In this document: in pieces, positions 18,332 through 29,316 of the stretch
Position numbering within the stretch: position 1 is the stretch's first letter
Layout of the letters: each line of letters starts with the position of its first letter
Assembly (NCBI GenBank): GCA_050633305.1
Contig: JBOEGF010000011.1
Location: 171,944-235,943 of the forward strand
Direction of reading: 5' to 3'
DNA from: Nannocystales bacterium
GTDB taxonomy: Bacteria; Myxococcota_A; Polyangia; Nannocystales; Nannocystaceae
Length of the DNA stretch: 64,000 nucleotides
The notes under the pieces: model-generated
The model's database searches: none
The model's input: the letters and a program-made list of their open reading frames with translations, nothing else
Told to the model about the DNA's origin: nothing
Position numbers and translations under genes: made by a program

Positions 18332-19582
18332 TCACTCCCGCGGGGGATCCGTGGACGCGTCGCTCGATGGATCCGGTGATGGGCCCGGGTCGACGACCGG
18401 GCCGGCGCCGGATTCCTCGGCCGGGCTGAGGTCGCTCTCGAGCTCGACGGGGCCGTCGGGGATCGCTGCGACCTGCGACATCTCGATCGATTGAGAGATC
18501 GATGCGTGGGGGTCGATGTTCGCGATGAGGGAGGCTGCCTCGGTGTTCTCGAGGACCTCTTCGTGGTGCTTGTCTTCGGATGGGATCAGCAAGCTGACCG
18601 CCATCGACCCCGCGATCAGCCCCGCGACGATCCCAAGCGAGATGCCCACCGGGATGTGGAGCGGCGCGAGCAAGCCGAACAGACCCTCCGCCAGGATCAT
18701 CTTGGCGCCGATGTACGACAGGACGAGGCCGAGCCCGTATTTGAGGTACGCGAACTTGTCGAGGATGCTCTGCAGTAGGAAGAACATCGCGCGCAGACCC
18801 AGGATCGCGCAGACGTTGCTCGTGAAGACGATGAACGGGTCTCGGCTGATGCCGAACACCGCCGGAATCGAGTCGAGCGCGAAGACGACGTCCGAGGTCT
18901 CGATCATCAACAGGACGATGAACAGTGGGGTGAACCGCAAGCCTCGCTTGGTGCGGATCGCGAACTTGTCGCCGTGGTAGCGGCGGGTCAGCGGCAGCAC
19001 CCTCTTGGCCAGTCGGTAGGCGATGTTGCCCGAGGGTTCCGGGTCGTCGTCGTCGGTGAACAGCAGGCGAATCCCCGTGAACAGGAGGAAGCCGCCGAAG
19101 ATGTACAGCGACCACGAGAACATCTCGATCAGGCTGATGCCGACGAGAATGAACACGCCTCGAAGGACGAGAGCACCGACGATGCCCGCGAACAACACGC
19201 GGTGCATCACCTCCGGCTTCACATCCATGTAGCGGAAGATGACGATGAAGACGAAGAGGTTGTCGACCGAGAGCGACTTCTCGATGAGGTAGGCGGAGAG
19301 GAACTCCAACCCCGCCTGCTCGCCGAGCGTCAGGTAGACATAGAGGTTGAAGCTCAGGCTCAGGAGGATCCAGACGATCGTCCAGCCCAGCGCCTCCTTG
19401 ACCGAGACCGCCTTGGCCTCGCGGTGAAAGACACCGAGGTCGATCGCGAGCAGCAAGAGCACGCCCGCCAAGAACCCGCCCCAGAGCATGGGCGAGCCGA
19501 CGGTGCCCAGGCTCAGCAGCGAGCTTGCTCCGCCCCCTCCAAGTCCTCCGCCCCCTCCAAGGGTGTCGACGAGCGCGTTCAA
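18332..19582 (-). CDS. TerC/Alx family membrane protein
   Basis: YLIEKSLSVDNLFVF, IETSDVVFALDSIPA, FTSNVCAILGLRAMFF. Confidence 0.93.
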   Translation of the reverse strand: MNALVDTLGGGGGLGGGGASSLLSLGTVGSPMLWGGFLAGVLLLLAIDLGVFHREAKAVSVKEALGWTIVWILLSLSFNLYVYLTLGEQAGLEFLSAYLIEKSLSVDNLFVFIVIFRYMDVKPEVMHRVLFAGIVGALVLRGVFILVGISLIEMFSWSLYIFGGFLLFTGIRLLFTDDDDPEPSGNIAYRLAKRVLPLTRRYHGDKFAIRTKRGLRFTPLFIVLLMIETSDVVFALDSIPAVFGISRDPFIVFTSNVCAILGLRAMFFLLQSILDKFAYLKYGLGLVLSYIGAKMILAEGLFGLLAPLHIPVGISLGIVAGLIAGSMAVSLLIPSEDKHHEEVLENTEAASLIANIDPHASISQSIEMSQVAAIPDGPVELESDLSPAEESGAGPVVDPGPSPDPSSDASTDPPRE

Positions 19583-19609
19583 ACGACCGCGGTTTCCCAG
19601 TCGACGCCC

Positions 19610-20131
19610 TTAGGCGTCGAGGCGCTCGAACTTGGTGTCTTTGAGCTTGATGACAAGCTTGCGTGGCTTGGCGTCGTCTTGGAAGTCGAGGTCCACGAGG
19701 GTGCCGGTGAACTCGACGTATGTGCCCTTGGGGTAGCCGTCCCCGATCTTCTCGTTGGACAGGAGGTTGTACTCGATCGTGATCTCGTACAGGACGGGGT
19801 CATCGACGGTGACCGACGCGTCGTACTTGCCCATCTCGTGATCGGCGATGTTCTCGCCGAGTTCGGAGACGACTTGGAACCGGCCCTGGCCCTTGTAGGA
19901 ACCCGGCTTGGACTTCAGCGCGTCGATGTGGGCGGCGCGCTCTCCGCTACCCATCGAGTTGAACGCGTCGAGGTTCTTGGCCCCGAAGGTGAGTTCGTCG
20001 CCCTTCACGTCGAAGCGCTCGGGAGGCTTCTGCCAAGACGGCTCGTCGTCACCGGACTTGTCGCACCCCAGCGGACCCACTGCCACGCTCAAGACGAGAA
20101 GTGCGGCAAGGGATTGTCCCACAGCGCGCAT
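19610..20131 (-). CDS. Hypothetical lipoprotein
   Basis: PLGC lipobox; strong coding bias; start chosen at the ATG 7 nt after TGaTAGGTT. Confidence 0.7.
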   Translation of the reverse strand: MRAVGQSLAALLVLSVAVGPLGCDKSGDDEPSWQKPPERFDVKGDELTFGAKNLDAFNSMGSGERAAHIDALKSKPGSYKGQGRFQVVSELGENIADHEMGKYDASVTVDDPVLYEITIEYNLLSNEKIGDGYPKGTYVEFTGTLVDLDFQDDAKPRKLVIKLKDTKFERLDA

Positions 20132-20317
20132 GAGCCGAAACCTATCACTTCGAGACACTTTGTCCATCGCGACTGCGGAGCCTCCAACGTCGCGGCGAAC
20201 TATGCAATCGGCGGGCCCAAATACCTGCCCGGCGGCGATTCAACCGGTCGAACACGCGGGGCGACGGTGAAGCGATGCGTGCAGTCGGGACGCTGGGGGC
20301 CGGCAGCGGCAGCGCGG

Positions 20318-21136
20318 TCACAGGGGCGAGGCGGCGTCGCAAAGGGCATCGGCGCCGAGGGTGGCGGCGAGCTCGTCTCGTGCCGTCTCGGCGAGCGAGG
20401 CGGCGTCGGCTGGGGCTTCGAACGTGATCCGCACGTGGTAGTCGATCGAGCCATCTTCGGCGCGAGCCCAGCGCGGGTACGAGCCGATCTCGAGCGGCCC
20501 CTGCGGTGCACCAAACTTCGCGAGCAGCGCGTCCAGGTGGGGTGCGAGCTTGCTCTCATCGAGCGTGGTGTGGAGCAAGGCGAGGTGCCAGCCCTCGCCG
20601 CGCGGGAGCTCTCCATCGGTTGCTTCGAGCTGTTCGAGCTTCGAGCGAAACAGGCTCGGAACCCCCGGTAAGATGTAGATCCTGGACGCGGTGGGGTCGG
20701 TCGGGCGGTCGAGATCGAGGCGCAGGACCGGCCATCCGCGGCTGCCTCGCAGCACGGTTCCGTCGGGGACGTCCGCCATCGAGAGCGCGGCGTCCGTCAG
20801 GTTGTCCCCGTAGTGTTTGCGCAACGAGGCGGCCATTTCGGGGTGTTGTTGCAGCGAGCGGCCCGTGGCGGCCGCGATCGAGGCCATCGTGATGTCGTCG
20901 TGCGTGGGACCCACACCCCCCGATGTGAAGACGAGGTCTGCGCGCGTGCACAGACGCACCAGCGCATCGCCGATCGCGGCCTCGTGGTCGCCGACCATGG
21001 CCATCTCGACGAACGCGATTCCTAGCCTACGCAGCGTCTTGGCGAGGTGGTGCCCGTTTTCGTCGCGGATCTTCCCGCTGAGCAGCTCATCCCCGATGAG
21101 GAGAAGGCCAGCGGTCGGTGGGGCGGGGGTGGGCAT
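20318..21136 (-). CDS. Molybdopterin-binding / CinA N-terminal-like (COG1058-type) protein
   Basis: [42 protein letters not shown]. Confidence 0.88.
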   Translation of the reverse strand: MPTPAPPTAGLLLIGDELLSGKIRDENGHHLAKTLRRLGIAFVEMAMVGDHEAAIGDALVRLCTRADLVFTSGGVGPTHDDITMASIAAATGRSLQQHPEMAASLRKHYGDNLTDAALSMADVPDGTVLRGSRGWPVLRLDLDRPTDPTASRIYILPGVPSLFRSKLEQLEATDGELPRGEGWHLALLHTTLDESKLAPHLDALLAKFGAPQGPLEIGSYPRWARAEDGSIDYHVRITFEAPADAASLAETARDELAATLGADALCDAASPL

Positions 21137-21167
21137 CGCGCACGGACGATAGCAGGCGCAAGCACTC

Positions 21168-21196
21168 TTGACCCCGCCCAGAGGCAGGCGTATCTG
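21168..21196 (+). promoter_or_regulatory. Candidate sigma70 promoter for carA (TTGACC-N17-TATCTG)
   Basis: 17-nt spacing; the -10 ends 6 nt before the carA ATG. Confidence 0.4.
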
Positions 21197-21202
21197 GGGT
21201 TC

Positions 21203-22354
21203 ATGTCGGAGCGCGACCGCGTGGAGGCAGTGTTGGCCCTGGCCGACGGTCGGATCTTTCGTGGCGTGGGGTTTGGCGCAAGCGCCACCGCGCTCGGCGA
21301 GGTGGTGTTCAACACCTCGATGACCGGCTATCAGGAGATCATCACCGATCCCTCCTACGCGGGTCAGCTCGTTTGCCTGACGGCGCCGGAGATCGGCAAC
21401 GTGGGCTGCAACCCCGAAGATGTCGAGTCGCAGGCGCCGGGTGCTGAGTCGTTGATCGTGCGCTCGTTGTCGCCGGTCGTCTCCAACTGGCGGGCCCGTC
21501 AGTCGCTGCCGGAGTTTCTCGCAGCCCGTGCGCTCCCGGGAATCGCGGAGGTCGACACCCGCGCCCTGACGCGCCACCTTCGTGACGCGGGCGCGATGAT
21601 GGGCGCAGTCAGTACCGAGGGGATCGCCCCGGAGCGGCTGGTGCAGATGGCCAAGGATGCGCCGCCGATGCAAGGGCAAGCGCTCGCGCACCAGGTGAGC
21701 ACCAACGCCCGATACACCTGGAACGACGGGACGCTTCGTTGGCCTGAGGACGCGCCGACGCCGGAGGTCGGGCAGCGCGTCGTCGCGTACGACTTCGGGA
21801 TCAAGCACAACATCCTGCGGTGTCTGCGAGACGAGGGCATCGAGGTCTCGGTTGTTCCCAGCAACACCCCGGCCGCGGAGGTTCTGGCGATGAAGCCGGC
21901 TGGAATCTTCCTGAGCAACGGCCCCGGCGACCCCGCCGCGCTCCCCGACGTGGTCGAGAACCTCAGAACCTTGCTTGCGGGATCCGGACAGACGCCGGTC
22001 TTCGGCATCTGCCTGGGTTACCAGTTGCTGTGCCTGGCCTCCGGGGGCGAGACCTACAAGCTCAAGTTCGGCCACCACGGCGGCAACCACCCGGTGCGCG
22101 ACGCGTCGGATCACTCCGTAGCGATCACCGCCCAGAACCACGGGTTTGCCGCCTCCGCCGAGTCGTTGGGCAGCGGCGCCGAGCTTGCTGCGCTCAACCT
22201 GTTCGACAAGACCGCCGCGGGGCTGCGAATGTCCGAACGACCGGTCTGGGGGGTCCAGTACCACCCCGAGGCGTCGCCGGGGCCCCACGATGCCAAGCCG
22301 TTGTTCGCCACGTTCGCCAAGCAGGTCCGGGCCTTCCACGAGCAGTCGGTGTGA
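21203..22354 (+). CDS. carA: Carbamoyl-phosphate synthase small subunit
   Basis: [52 protein letters not shown]. Confidence 0.97.
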   Translation: MSERDRVEAVLALADGRIFRGVGFGASATALGEVVFNTSMTGYQEIITDPSYAGQLVCLTAPEIGNVGCNPEDVESQAPGAESLIVRSLSPVVSNWRARQSLPEFLAARALPGIAEVDTRALTRHLRDAGAMMGAVSTEGIAPERLVQMAKDAPPMQGQALAHQVSTNARYTWNDGTLRWPEDAPTPEVGQRVVAYDFGIKHNILRCLRDEGIEVSVVPSNTPAAEVLAMKPAGIFLSNGPGDPAALPDVVENLRTLLAGSGQTPVFGICLGYQLLCLASGGETYKLKFGHHGGNHPVRDASDHSVAITAQNHGFAASAESLGSGAELAALNLFDKTAAGLRMSERPVWGVQYHPEASPGPHDAKPLFATFAKQVRAFHEQSV

Positions 22355-23016
22355 CTCGACCCCCCGGCGACCCGCCCTCGGGCGAGCCCGAGCTGGCTCT
22401 CACGCCCGCGAGGCTCGAGGAGTTGCTGGACGAAGCCGCGGCGCGAGTGTTCGGCGGCCCTGCTGGACCAGAGCGGTTGGCTCCGCTGCTCGCGCGTTGG
22501 GGTGAGGAGGTCGGGACGATTCGCGAGGACGACCAGGACCGGGAACTCCTGCAAGCGATGCGCACGGACTGGGCGTTGTGTGATGCCCCCGCGGTCGGGG
22601 AGAGGCCATGGCTGGCCATCCTGCTCGAGGGCGGATTGGGGCCGGTACCCGATCGGTGGCGGGTCCTGTCGCGCAGCCACATCGGGCTCTTCGAAGTGTT
22701 CCCGGGGAAGGTGAGTTGGTTGCGGGATCTCCGGGGCGGCTTGTGTGTGCCGGTTCTCGATCCGCTTCCTCTGGTCCCCGAAGCCTCGGGCCCGGCGGCG
22801 GTCTGGGAGGCCCGGGTCGTTCTGGCTGGCGGGACGGCAACGTTGGCGAGGGGGCCGTTGGGTTACCCGTTTGAGCTGCTGCCGACCTTCGTCAAGCTGA
22901 GCCAGGCTCGGTTCGGCGCACCTGAGCCGAAACTTCGTTGGGCCGCGTTGCGGCGCGGCTGGCTCCAGTTCTCCCGTGCGCGCCGGGCGGACGCTCGCAA
23001 TCTATTTCGGCTCTAA
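22351..23016 (+). CDS. Hypothetical protein
   Basis: GTGA overlap with the carA stop; [12 protein letters not shown]...LRDL pattern. Confidence 0.55.
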   Translation: MTRPPGDPPSGEPELALTPARLEELLDEAAARVFGGPAGPERLAPLLARWGEEVGTIREDDQDRELLQAMRTDWALCDAPAVGERPWLAILLEGGLGPVPDRWRVLSRSHIGLFEVFPGKVSWLRDLRGGLCVPVLDPLPLVPEASGPAAVWEARVVLAGGTATLARGPLGYPFELLPTFVKLSQARFGAPEPKLRWAALRRGWLQFSRARRADARNLFRL

Positions 23017-23140
23017 GGCCCTCTGCGGTCCCCATGAAGACTCCAACTCGCGGTTTCCCTGCAACGCGCGGACTCTCGTCCCGTCCACCCGTTTGGCTGC
23101 GGCTCTTCGCGGCATCACTCTCGTCACAGAAGCATCCCGC

Positions 23141-24667
23141 ATGACTCTCAATTCCCGAATCCTCGTGGGCCTCGCGGCCCTTAGCCTCACCGTGTCCGCG
23201 TGCGACTCGGCGGAGAAGAACTCCGGCGCCAAAAATGAAGCCGGGAAGAAAGCCGACGACAAAGGCGCCAAGAAGGACACGAAGGCGGAGCCCAAGAAGC
23301 CCGAGGAAAAGGCCGAAGCGAAGGTCGACGCCAAGGCGGACGCAAAGAAAGACGACGCCCAGCCCGCAGCAAAACCGGCGGAGGCCAAGGTCGAGGAAAA
23401 ACCGGTCGAGGCGGCGAAGCCCGCCGCCGCGCTGCCCGAGGCAGGCGAGGCGGGTCCGGCCTACTTCGCGATCGACGACAAGGGCGTGTTCATGCTCGAC
23501 GGCGGGACCTTCACCAAGGTCAAAAAGGGCCCGACCAAGCTCGTCAAGCAGATGTCGATCGGTGGTGATGGCAAACCGTACATGCTCACGTACGACGGCA
23601 TCATGGTCCTCGACGGGGCGGCGGCGAAGGTTGTTGCCAAGACCTCCTATAAGAAGACCGGGAGCGTCGACGCGTTCACCGTCACCCCTGAGGGCGAGAT
23701 CTGGACCGCAGGTTACAAGGGCGTGGGGCACCTCGTCGGAAAGAAATGGACCGTTGAGGACAAGAAGGTCCTCGGCGACGACGTCACGCTGCTGCAAGGC
23801 GTGGCGGTCGACAAGGACGGTCGGGTCTGGGTCGCCTCCTCGAACAAGCTTCACTTCAAGGAGAAGGACGCCGCGGAGTGGAAGGACGCCGACCTGAGCA
23901 AGGCGACCGAGCGCAAGCCGTTCTTCGACGGCATCGCGGTCGATCCGTCCGGTGGCCTGATGGCCTCGGCCAGCAGCGCGGTGTTGAAGATCGACGGCCC
24001 GACGGCGATCTCCTCGGTCGAGCTCCCCAGTGGTGTGATCTCATCGTTCGGCCTGCTCAGCTACGCATCCAACGGCATCGGCGCGATCAAGACGGGCGTG
24101 AAGACCATCGCACGCCTCGAGCCCGGCGGTGGCAACACCAGCTACGACCGAGGGGACGACTTCCAAGGGACCCGGGTGGTCGCGCTGAGCGCTGACGGCC
24201 AAGGGCGTCTGTGGGTGGGGTCGGACATCGGCATCAGCGTTGTCGGACCCGGCGACGAGCGGGCGACCTGGCTGATGGGCTCCGTCCCGGAGATCGCGGG
24301 CAAGGTCAAAGGCATCCTTGTCGTCGGTGCTGGCCCGGAGTTGCCCGAGGTGGGAGACCAAAAGAAGGCCTCCGAAGTCACGGGAATCATCCTCCTGGAC
24401 GGCGACCCGCTGGCGGACGCGGCGATCGAGATCTGCCCTGAGCCCAGCTCGTTGATCAAGACCTCGCCATGCGAGGACAGCCCGATCCGCTTCGCGGGCA
24501 AGACCGATGCTGCCGGCAAGTTCAGCTTCGCCGACGTCCCGCTGGGCGCCTACGGCGTTGGGGTCAAGGCCGGGGAGAAGTGGAAGATCACCTTCTCGGG
24601 TGAGTACGGCGCAAAGATGAAAGAGGGCAAGCCCTTCGACATCGGCAAACTGAAGTTCAAGAAGTAG
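23141..24667 (+). CDS. Lipoprotein: Lys/Ala-rich linker, beta-propeller and C-terminal carboxypeptidase-regulatory-like domain
   Basis: VSAC lipobox; VAVDKDGRVWVA and ADGQGRLWVG blades; TDAAGKFSFADVPLGAY. Confidence 0.75.
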   Translation: MTLNSRILVGLAALSLTVSACDSAEKNSGAKNEAGKKADDKGAKKDTKAEPKKPEEKAEAKVDAKADAKKDDAQPAAKPAEAKVEEKPVEAAKPAAALPEAGEAGPAYFAIDDKGVFMLDGGTFTKVKKGPTKLVKQMSIGGDGKPYMLTYDGIMVLDGAAAKVVAKTSYKKTGSVDAFTVTPEGEIWTAGYKGVGHLVGKKWTVEDKKVLGDDVTLLQGVAVDKDGRVWVASSNKLHFKEKDAAEWKDADLSKATERKPFFDGIAVDPSGGLMASASSAVLKIDGPTAISSVELPSGVISSFGLLSYASNGIGAIKTGVKTIARLEPGGGNTSYDRGDDFQGTRVVALSADGQGRLWVGSDIGISVVGPGDERATWLMGSVPEIAGKVKGILVVGAGPELPEVGDQKKASEVTGIILLDGDPLADAAIEICPEPSSLIKTSPCEDSPIRFAGKTDAAGKFSFADVPLGAYGVGVKAGEKWKITFSGEYGAKMKEGKPFDIGKLKFKK

Positions 24668-24736
24668 GCCCGTTCCGCACGGGAGCGCGCCCTGTTCGAC
24701 ATGGGTCGGGCAGGGCGTTGTCGCGTCCCCAGCTGG

Positions 24737-25456
24737 CTATGGTTGCAACACCGGCGCCGCCTGAGGGTCTTGCTGCGCCGCTTGAGTCTCCTCGACCGGC
24801 GCCCGGGTCCGCGGGGGCACACTGCGAAGGGCTGTCGCGCGATGAAGCGGCTGCCCGAGCAGCATCATCGGGTCTACGGCCACGTCGTCGATCTTCATCG
24901 TCAGGTGAAGGTGAGGGGCCGCGGAGCGACCCGTGTTGCCGACCAAGCCGAGTGCGGCGCCGCGGTCCACGGACGCACCGGGCCAGACCAAGACGTCGGA
25001 CAAGTGGCCGTACAGCGACGTGATGCCGAGACCGTGGTCGACGATCACCATGGTCCCCAGCGCGGGATCGATGCCCACAAACCTGACCTCCCCACGCGCG
25101 ACGGAGAGCACGAGGTCACCGACGTTGCCGCGAAAGTCGGTGCCCTTGTGCATTCTCGTGCCAGCCCCGGCGACCGGGTCGAGACGCCATCCGAACGAGG
25201 ACGTGACATGGACCGACTCCACCGGCCAGCCCAGGTCGTCGCCGTTGCGCAGTGCGGACAGTCCCTCCGCAGCCCAAGGATCCGAGGGGGGCGGGGGAAG
25301 CTCGGCCTCCGGGTCGGGCTCCGGTTTGGAGGGTCCTACGTCGGGCGACGCGGCGCTCGAAGGGCCATCGAGGTCAGGATCGCCTCCACAGCTCAGCACG
25401 CACAGCCACACGAGGTGGCGTGGCGCGGTCCGGCGGTGGTGCGGGCGGGGAGGCAC
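24737..25456 (-). CDS. M23 family metallopeptidase (start uncertain)
   Basis: VTSSFGWRLDP, HKGTD (HxxxD), YGHL, GNTGRSAAPHLH (HxH). Confidence 0.85.
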   Translation of the reverse strand: MPPRPHHRRTAPRHLVWLCVLSCGGDPDLDGPSSAASPDVGPSKPEPDPEAELPPPPSDPWAAEGLSALRNGDDLGWPVESVHVTSSFGWRLDPVAGAGTRMHKGTDFRGNVGDLVLSVARGEVRFVGIDPALGTMVIVDHGLGITSLYGHLSDVLVWPGASVDRGAALGLVGNTGRSAAPHLHLTMKIDDVAVDPMMLLGQPLHRATALRSVPPRTRAPVEETQAAQQDPQAAPVLQP

Positions 25457-25526
25457 GTTGGCCGCAGGGTACAAAAAACCGGGCCTCGCTGGAGCGCGGG
25501 CCCGGTTCCGGATGCAGACCGCCTGA

Positions 25527-26498
25527 TTAGGCAGGGATTCCGCAGTAGCCGACATCTTCGAGGCCCGGAGGTGGCTCGTCGAGGGCCTGGATGCAGCTCT
25601 CTTCTGGCTCCGGACAGCCGGTGTCGCCCTCGCTCATGTCGCAGAAGGGAGAACAACAAGCCGTCTCGGCGGCGCAGCCCGCGGTCCCGCCGCGGCAGAC
25701 CAGGCCAGGGTTGCAGCTTTGGATCGTGCTGCACGGGTCGCCGTCGGCCCCCTGTCCGTCAGGGGCACCTGGGATGGCACATACAAAGTTGTTGAACGCG
25801 GCGTAGCATCCTTGGTCGTCGGGGCATGCGGGAGCGAGGGGATCGCAAGTGACCTCGCAGATGGGGAGCGCGCCGTCGTTGAACGCGAAGCATTCTCCGC
25901 CGAACTCGCACGGCTGATTGATCTCGCAGTACTCCAAGCAGCGTCCCTCGCCCGTGTTGCCGCTGACATCGGTCATGCAGAAGAGGCCGGCCGCGCAGGT
26001 GTCGTTGTCGGTCATTCGCTCGCAGGACTCGCCCCATTGAGCGTCGCCGATCACCTCGACGCACCGGGTGGCGTCGACGGTATTCCCGCCTTCGGTGGCG
26101 ACGTAGGAGGTGCACTTCTGTCCGCGAGGGCAGTCTTGGGCTGCGGGGTCACACTGGCCGACGATTCCGCCGTCTGGCGGGCTAATGAACCCGCCGTCGT
26201 CCCCGCCATCACTCCCGTCGTCGCCTGCGTCGCCCGCGTCATCGCCACCATCGTCGCCGTCGCCGGGCCCCGACATGGACGCGTCGCCGCCACCGGGTCC
26301 GCCGCCGTCGCCATCGCCGCCGGAGGTGAGGAGGCCGCCGTCATCGGCGGATCCGCTGGACGCGCCACCGCCATCACCTCCGCCGTCGGGGTCGGAGTCG
26401 CTGTCGCAAGCACCGAGACTGAGACACAACGCTGTGACGGAGAACGCGCGGCCGGCGATCCGGCCAAGCACCAAGAAAGAACGATCGAGCTTCGACAT
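25527..26498 (-). CDS. Cys-rich myxobacterial lipoprotein
   Basis: LGAC lipobox, Gly/Asp linker, CDPAAQDCPRGQKC and CDPLAPACP repeats. Confidence 0.8.
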   Translation of the reverse strand: MSKLDRSFLVLGRIAGRAFSVTALCLSLGACDSDSDPDGGGDGGGASSGSADDGGLLTSGGDGDGGGPGGGDASMSGPGDGDDGGDDAGDAGDDGSDGGDDGGFISPPDGGIVGQCDPAAQDCPRGQKCTSYVATEGGNTVDATRCVEVIGDAQWGESCERMTDNDTCAAGLFCMTDVSGNTGEGRCLEYCEINQPCEFGGECFAFNDGALPICEVTCDPLAPACPDDQGCYAAFNNFVCAIPGAPDGQGADGDPCSTIQSCNPGLVCRGGTAGCAAETACCSPFCDMSEGDTGCPEPEESCIQALDEPPPGLEDVGYCGIPA

Positions 26499-26658
26499 TG
26501 AGGCAGTCCACCTCGCGGGGTTACCGCGACTGTCCTGAGCATTACATTGGCAGAGGCTCACATTCCATAAGAAAATACCGATGCTGCTCTTCGGGCGGCC
26601 GGCCGGCGATCTCGACCGTCGTCAGCGTGGACGGTCCGTGCGAACCTCGCCTCGCTCC

Positions 26659-27693
26659 ATGACTGAGACACCAAGCTCTGTGACCGTCTTGGGGGCAGGC
26701 AGCTGGGGGACCGCGCTCGCGATCCACTGCGCCCGCCGCGGATTCCCGACCCAGTTGTGGACGCGTCGCACCGATCATTTCGACGCGATGCAGTCGGAGC
26801 GTCGCAACGGCCGCTACCTGTCGGACTTTCCGTTCCCCGAGGGCCTGACCGCCACCGACAACCTCGAGACGGCCCTGACATCGAGTCCGGGGATGGTCAT
26901 CTGCGCGGTGCCCAGCCACGGGATGCGGGCGATGATGAAGCGGGTACGCGAGGTCTTCGACCGGAATCCGGGCGTCGCGGCGCCGATGTACCTCATCGCG
27001 GCCAAGGGCATCGAGGTCGAGAGCCTCGACAACATGCACGCCGTGCTGGAGCAGGAGCTACCCCCGAGCCACCGCCCCAACATTGCAGCGCTGGGCGGTC
27101 CCAGCTTCGCCGCTGAAGTCGCGGGGGAGAAACCGACCATGGTCGTCGTCGGGGCCGAGCACGAAACCACCGGCACGGCGATCCAAACGATGCTGTCCGG
27201 GTCGAACATGCGCGCGTACTTCACCGAGGATGTCCTCGGGGTCGAGATGGGTGGCACGTTCAAGAATGTGATCGCGCTGGCGGCGGGCATCGGCGACGGG
27301 GCGGGCCTTGGGCTCAATGCTCGGGCGGGCTTGATCACTCGGGGGCTGGCGGAGATCACCCGCCTGTCGGTTCAGCTTGGGGCGAATCCCGCGACGATCT
27401 CGGGACTCGCGGGCATGGGTGATCTGGTGCTCACCTGCACGGGCGGTCTGTCCCGAAACCGCCGCGTGGGCGTCGCACTTGGCGAGGGCAAGAAGCTCGA
27501 GCAGATCCTCGAAGAGATGGGGATGGTGGCTGAAGGCATCAAGAACACGCTTTCGGCGCACAAGTTGGCCCAGCGTGAGGGCGTGGAGATGCCGCTCGTG
27601 CAGACGATGCACGCCATCCTCTACGACGGGCTTTCCGTCCCCGCGGCGGTCGACGCCCTGATGGGCCGCCGCCTGAAGGCGGAGCGCGACTAA
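26659..27693 (+). CDS. gpsA: NAD(P)H-dependent glycerol-3-phosphate dehydrogenase
   Basis: VLGAGSWGTALA, KGIE, GPSFAAEV, KNVIALAAG, GDLVLTC..SRN. Confidence 0.96.
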   Translation: MTETPSSVTVLGAGSWGTALAIHCARRGFPTQLWTRRTDHFDAMQSERRNGRYLSDFPFPEGLTATDNLETALTSSPGMVICAVPSHGMRAMMKRVREVFDRNPGVAAPMYLIAAKGIEVESLDNMHAVLEQELPPSHRPNIAALGGPSFAAEVAGEKPTMVVVGAEHETTGTAIQTMLSGSNMRAYFTEDVLGVEMGGTFKNVIALAAGIGDGAGLGLNARAGLITRGLAEITRLSVQLGANPATISGLAGMGDLVLTCTGGLSRNRRVGVALGEGKKLEQILEEMGMVAEGIKNTLSAHKLAQREGVEMPLVQTMHAILYDGLSVPAAVDALMGRRLKAERD

Positions 27694-27753
27694 ATTCCGA
27701 GCGTTTCTCGCACTTGGTTTTGCCGAATCGATTCCGTTAGTCTAGGCGCGACG

Positions 27754-29295
27754 TTGAGCAACATTGAGCCCACGCCATTTGGCGACAAGTACGTGCTCGT
27801 CGAGCACATCGCCACCGGCGGGATGGCGGAGATTTATCGGTCCCAGTACACGGGCATCGAGGGCTTCGCGAAGGAGCTCGTCGTCAAGACATTGCGCGAA
27901 GAGTTCGCCGCCCGGCGGGACGTCGTGCAGATGTTCCTCGACGAGGCACGCGTCGCTGCCACCCTGACCCACAACAACGTCGTGCACACGTACGACCTCG
28001 GCGAGATCGCTGGCGAGTACTTCATCGCGATGGAGCTCCTCAAGGGCGAGGAGCTGGTCAACGTGATGCGGCGTTCGTTCCAGCAGAAGCGCCCGCTTCC
28101 CGTGGAGCTCGCCGTCGGCATCATCATGCAGTCGTGCGAGGGGTTGCACTACGTGCACTCGCGGACAGATGAGGGAGGCAACCCCCTCGGGCTGGTGCAC
28201 CGTGACATCAACCCGACCAACATCCACGTCGGGTACGACGGCGTCTGCAAGATCCTCGACTTCGGTATCGCTGCGACTCGAGCGTCGGCGGTCGCCAAGA
28301 AGGGCGAGGTCGCAGGCAAGCTTTCTTACATGGCCCCGGAGCAACTGCGCGGCGAGGTCATCGACGCCCGCGCAGACGTGTTCCCGTTGGGTGTCGTCAT
28401 GTACGAGCTCTGCCTGGGCCGCAGGTTGTTTCGCGGTCAGCGAGACGACGTGATGCGGCGGGTGTTGGAAGGCGACGTTCCTCCGCCGACCTTCGTCAAC
28501 CCGTCGTTCCCGCCCACGCTCGAGGCCGTCATCATGCGGGCCCTCGAAGTGGACCCCGCAGATCGCTACCAAAACTGCGATCACATGTTCCGCGACCTCG
28601 AGGCGTTCCTTCAGGAGGAAGGCCTCAACTCCAGCCCGCGTAAGCTCAGCGGGGTGATGGTCGACCTCTTCGGAGAGGGAGCGCCTGCCGTCGTCGACTA
28701 CGACGACATGTACGACGACCTCGACGGAGACGCGCTCGACTTCGATCACTTCGAGACGGTTTCGTCGGATGACGACGCTCCGGATTGGGCGCGTGAACTC
28801 GAGGTGAAGTCACCGGCCGAGTCCTCGCCGAAGCGCCGCAGAGCTCGGCAGCTCACCATCGGCAACCTCGAGGCGTTGGTCGGGCAGGGCAAGTTCGATG
28901 AGTCGGGGGCTCACCCGGTCGTCCCACCCGCGTCGGACCGTGACGGTGCCGGGCCGGCCCCGAGGAGAGGCAACAAACCTCCGACGGGCCCGCGCGCCGC
29001 GACGAAAGGCTCGGGCATGCACCGGGCGATTCCGGCCGATGCGGCGGCCGAGACCGGGCGGCCCAAACGTCGACCTCCCTCGGGCGGGCGAGCACGGTTG
29101 CGCAGTGGTCCGGCATCGGGTCCCAACCCGATGCTCACCACCGGTCCGCTCACCCCCGTCTCTGACAACACCACCGGCTTCGGCCAGAGCGTCGTCCGCA
29201 GCAAAGGCGGCGGTGTGGCCTGGGCCTGGATCGTCGGTGTGATCGTCTTCGGCGGGTTTGCCTACCTCGCCTATACTCTCTTCACGGCAAAGTAG
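27754..29295 (+). CDS. Hanks-type Ser/Thr protein kinase with C-terminal TM anchor
   Basis: GGMAEIY, VVK, HRDINPTN, DFG, YMAPE; C-terminal hydrophobic helix. Confidence 0.93.
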   Translation: MSNIEPTPFGDKYVLVEHIATGGMAEIYRSQYTGIEGFAKELVVKTLREEFAARRDVVQMFLDEARVAATLTHNNVVHTYDLGEIAGEYFIAMELLKGEELVNVMRRSFQQKRPLPVELAVGIIMQSCEGLHYVHSRTDEGGNPLGLVHRDINPTNIHVGYDGVCKILDFGIAATRASAVAKKGEVAGKLSYMAPEQLRGEVIDARADVFPLGVVMYELCLGRRLFRGQRDDVMRRVLEGDVPPPTFVNPSFPPTLEAVIMRALEVDPADRYQNCDHMFRDLEAFLQEEGLNSSPRKLSGVMVDLFGEGAPAVVDYDDMYDDLDGDALDFDHFETVSSDDDAPDWARELEVKSPAESSPKRRRARQLTIGNLEALVGQGKFDESGAHPVVPPASDRDGAGPAPRRGNKPPTGPRAATKGSGMHRAIPADAAAETGRPKRRPPSGGRARLRSGPASGPNPMLTTGPLTPVSDNTTGFGQSVVRSKGGGVAWAWIVGVIVFGGFAYLAYTLFTAK

Positions 29296-29316
29296 CTGCC
29301 GAACTCTCGCGCCATC

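Noticed and set aside
19583..19609. yybP-ykoY (Mn2+) riboswitch upstream of terC/alx
   Set aside because: Only 27 nt separate it from the upstream CDS, leaving no room
21137..22339. N-terminal 400 aa of the 673-aa minus ORF 20318..22339
   Set aside because: It is the antisense shadow of carA; the real CinA-like domain starts near 21136
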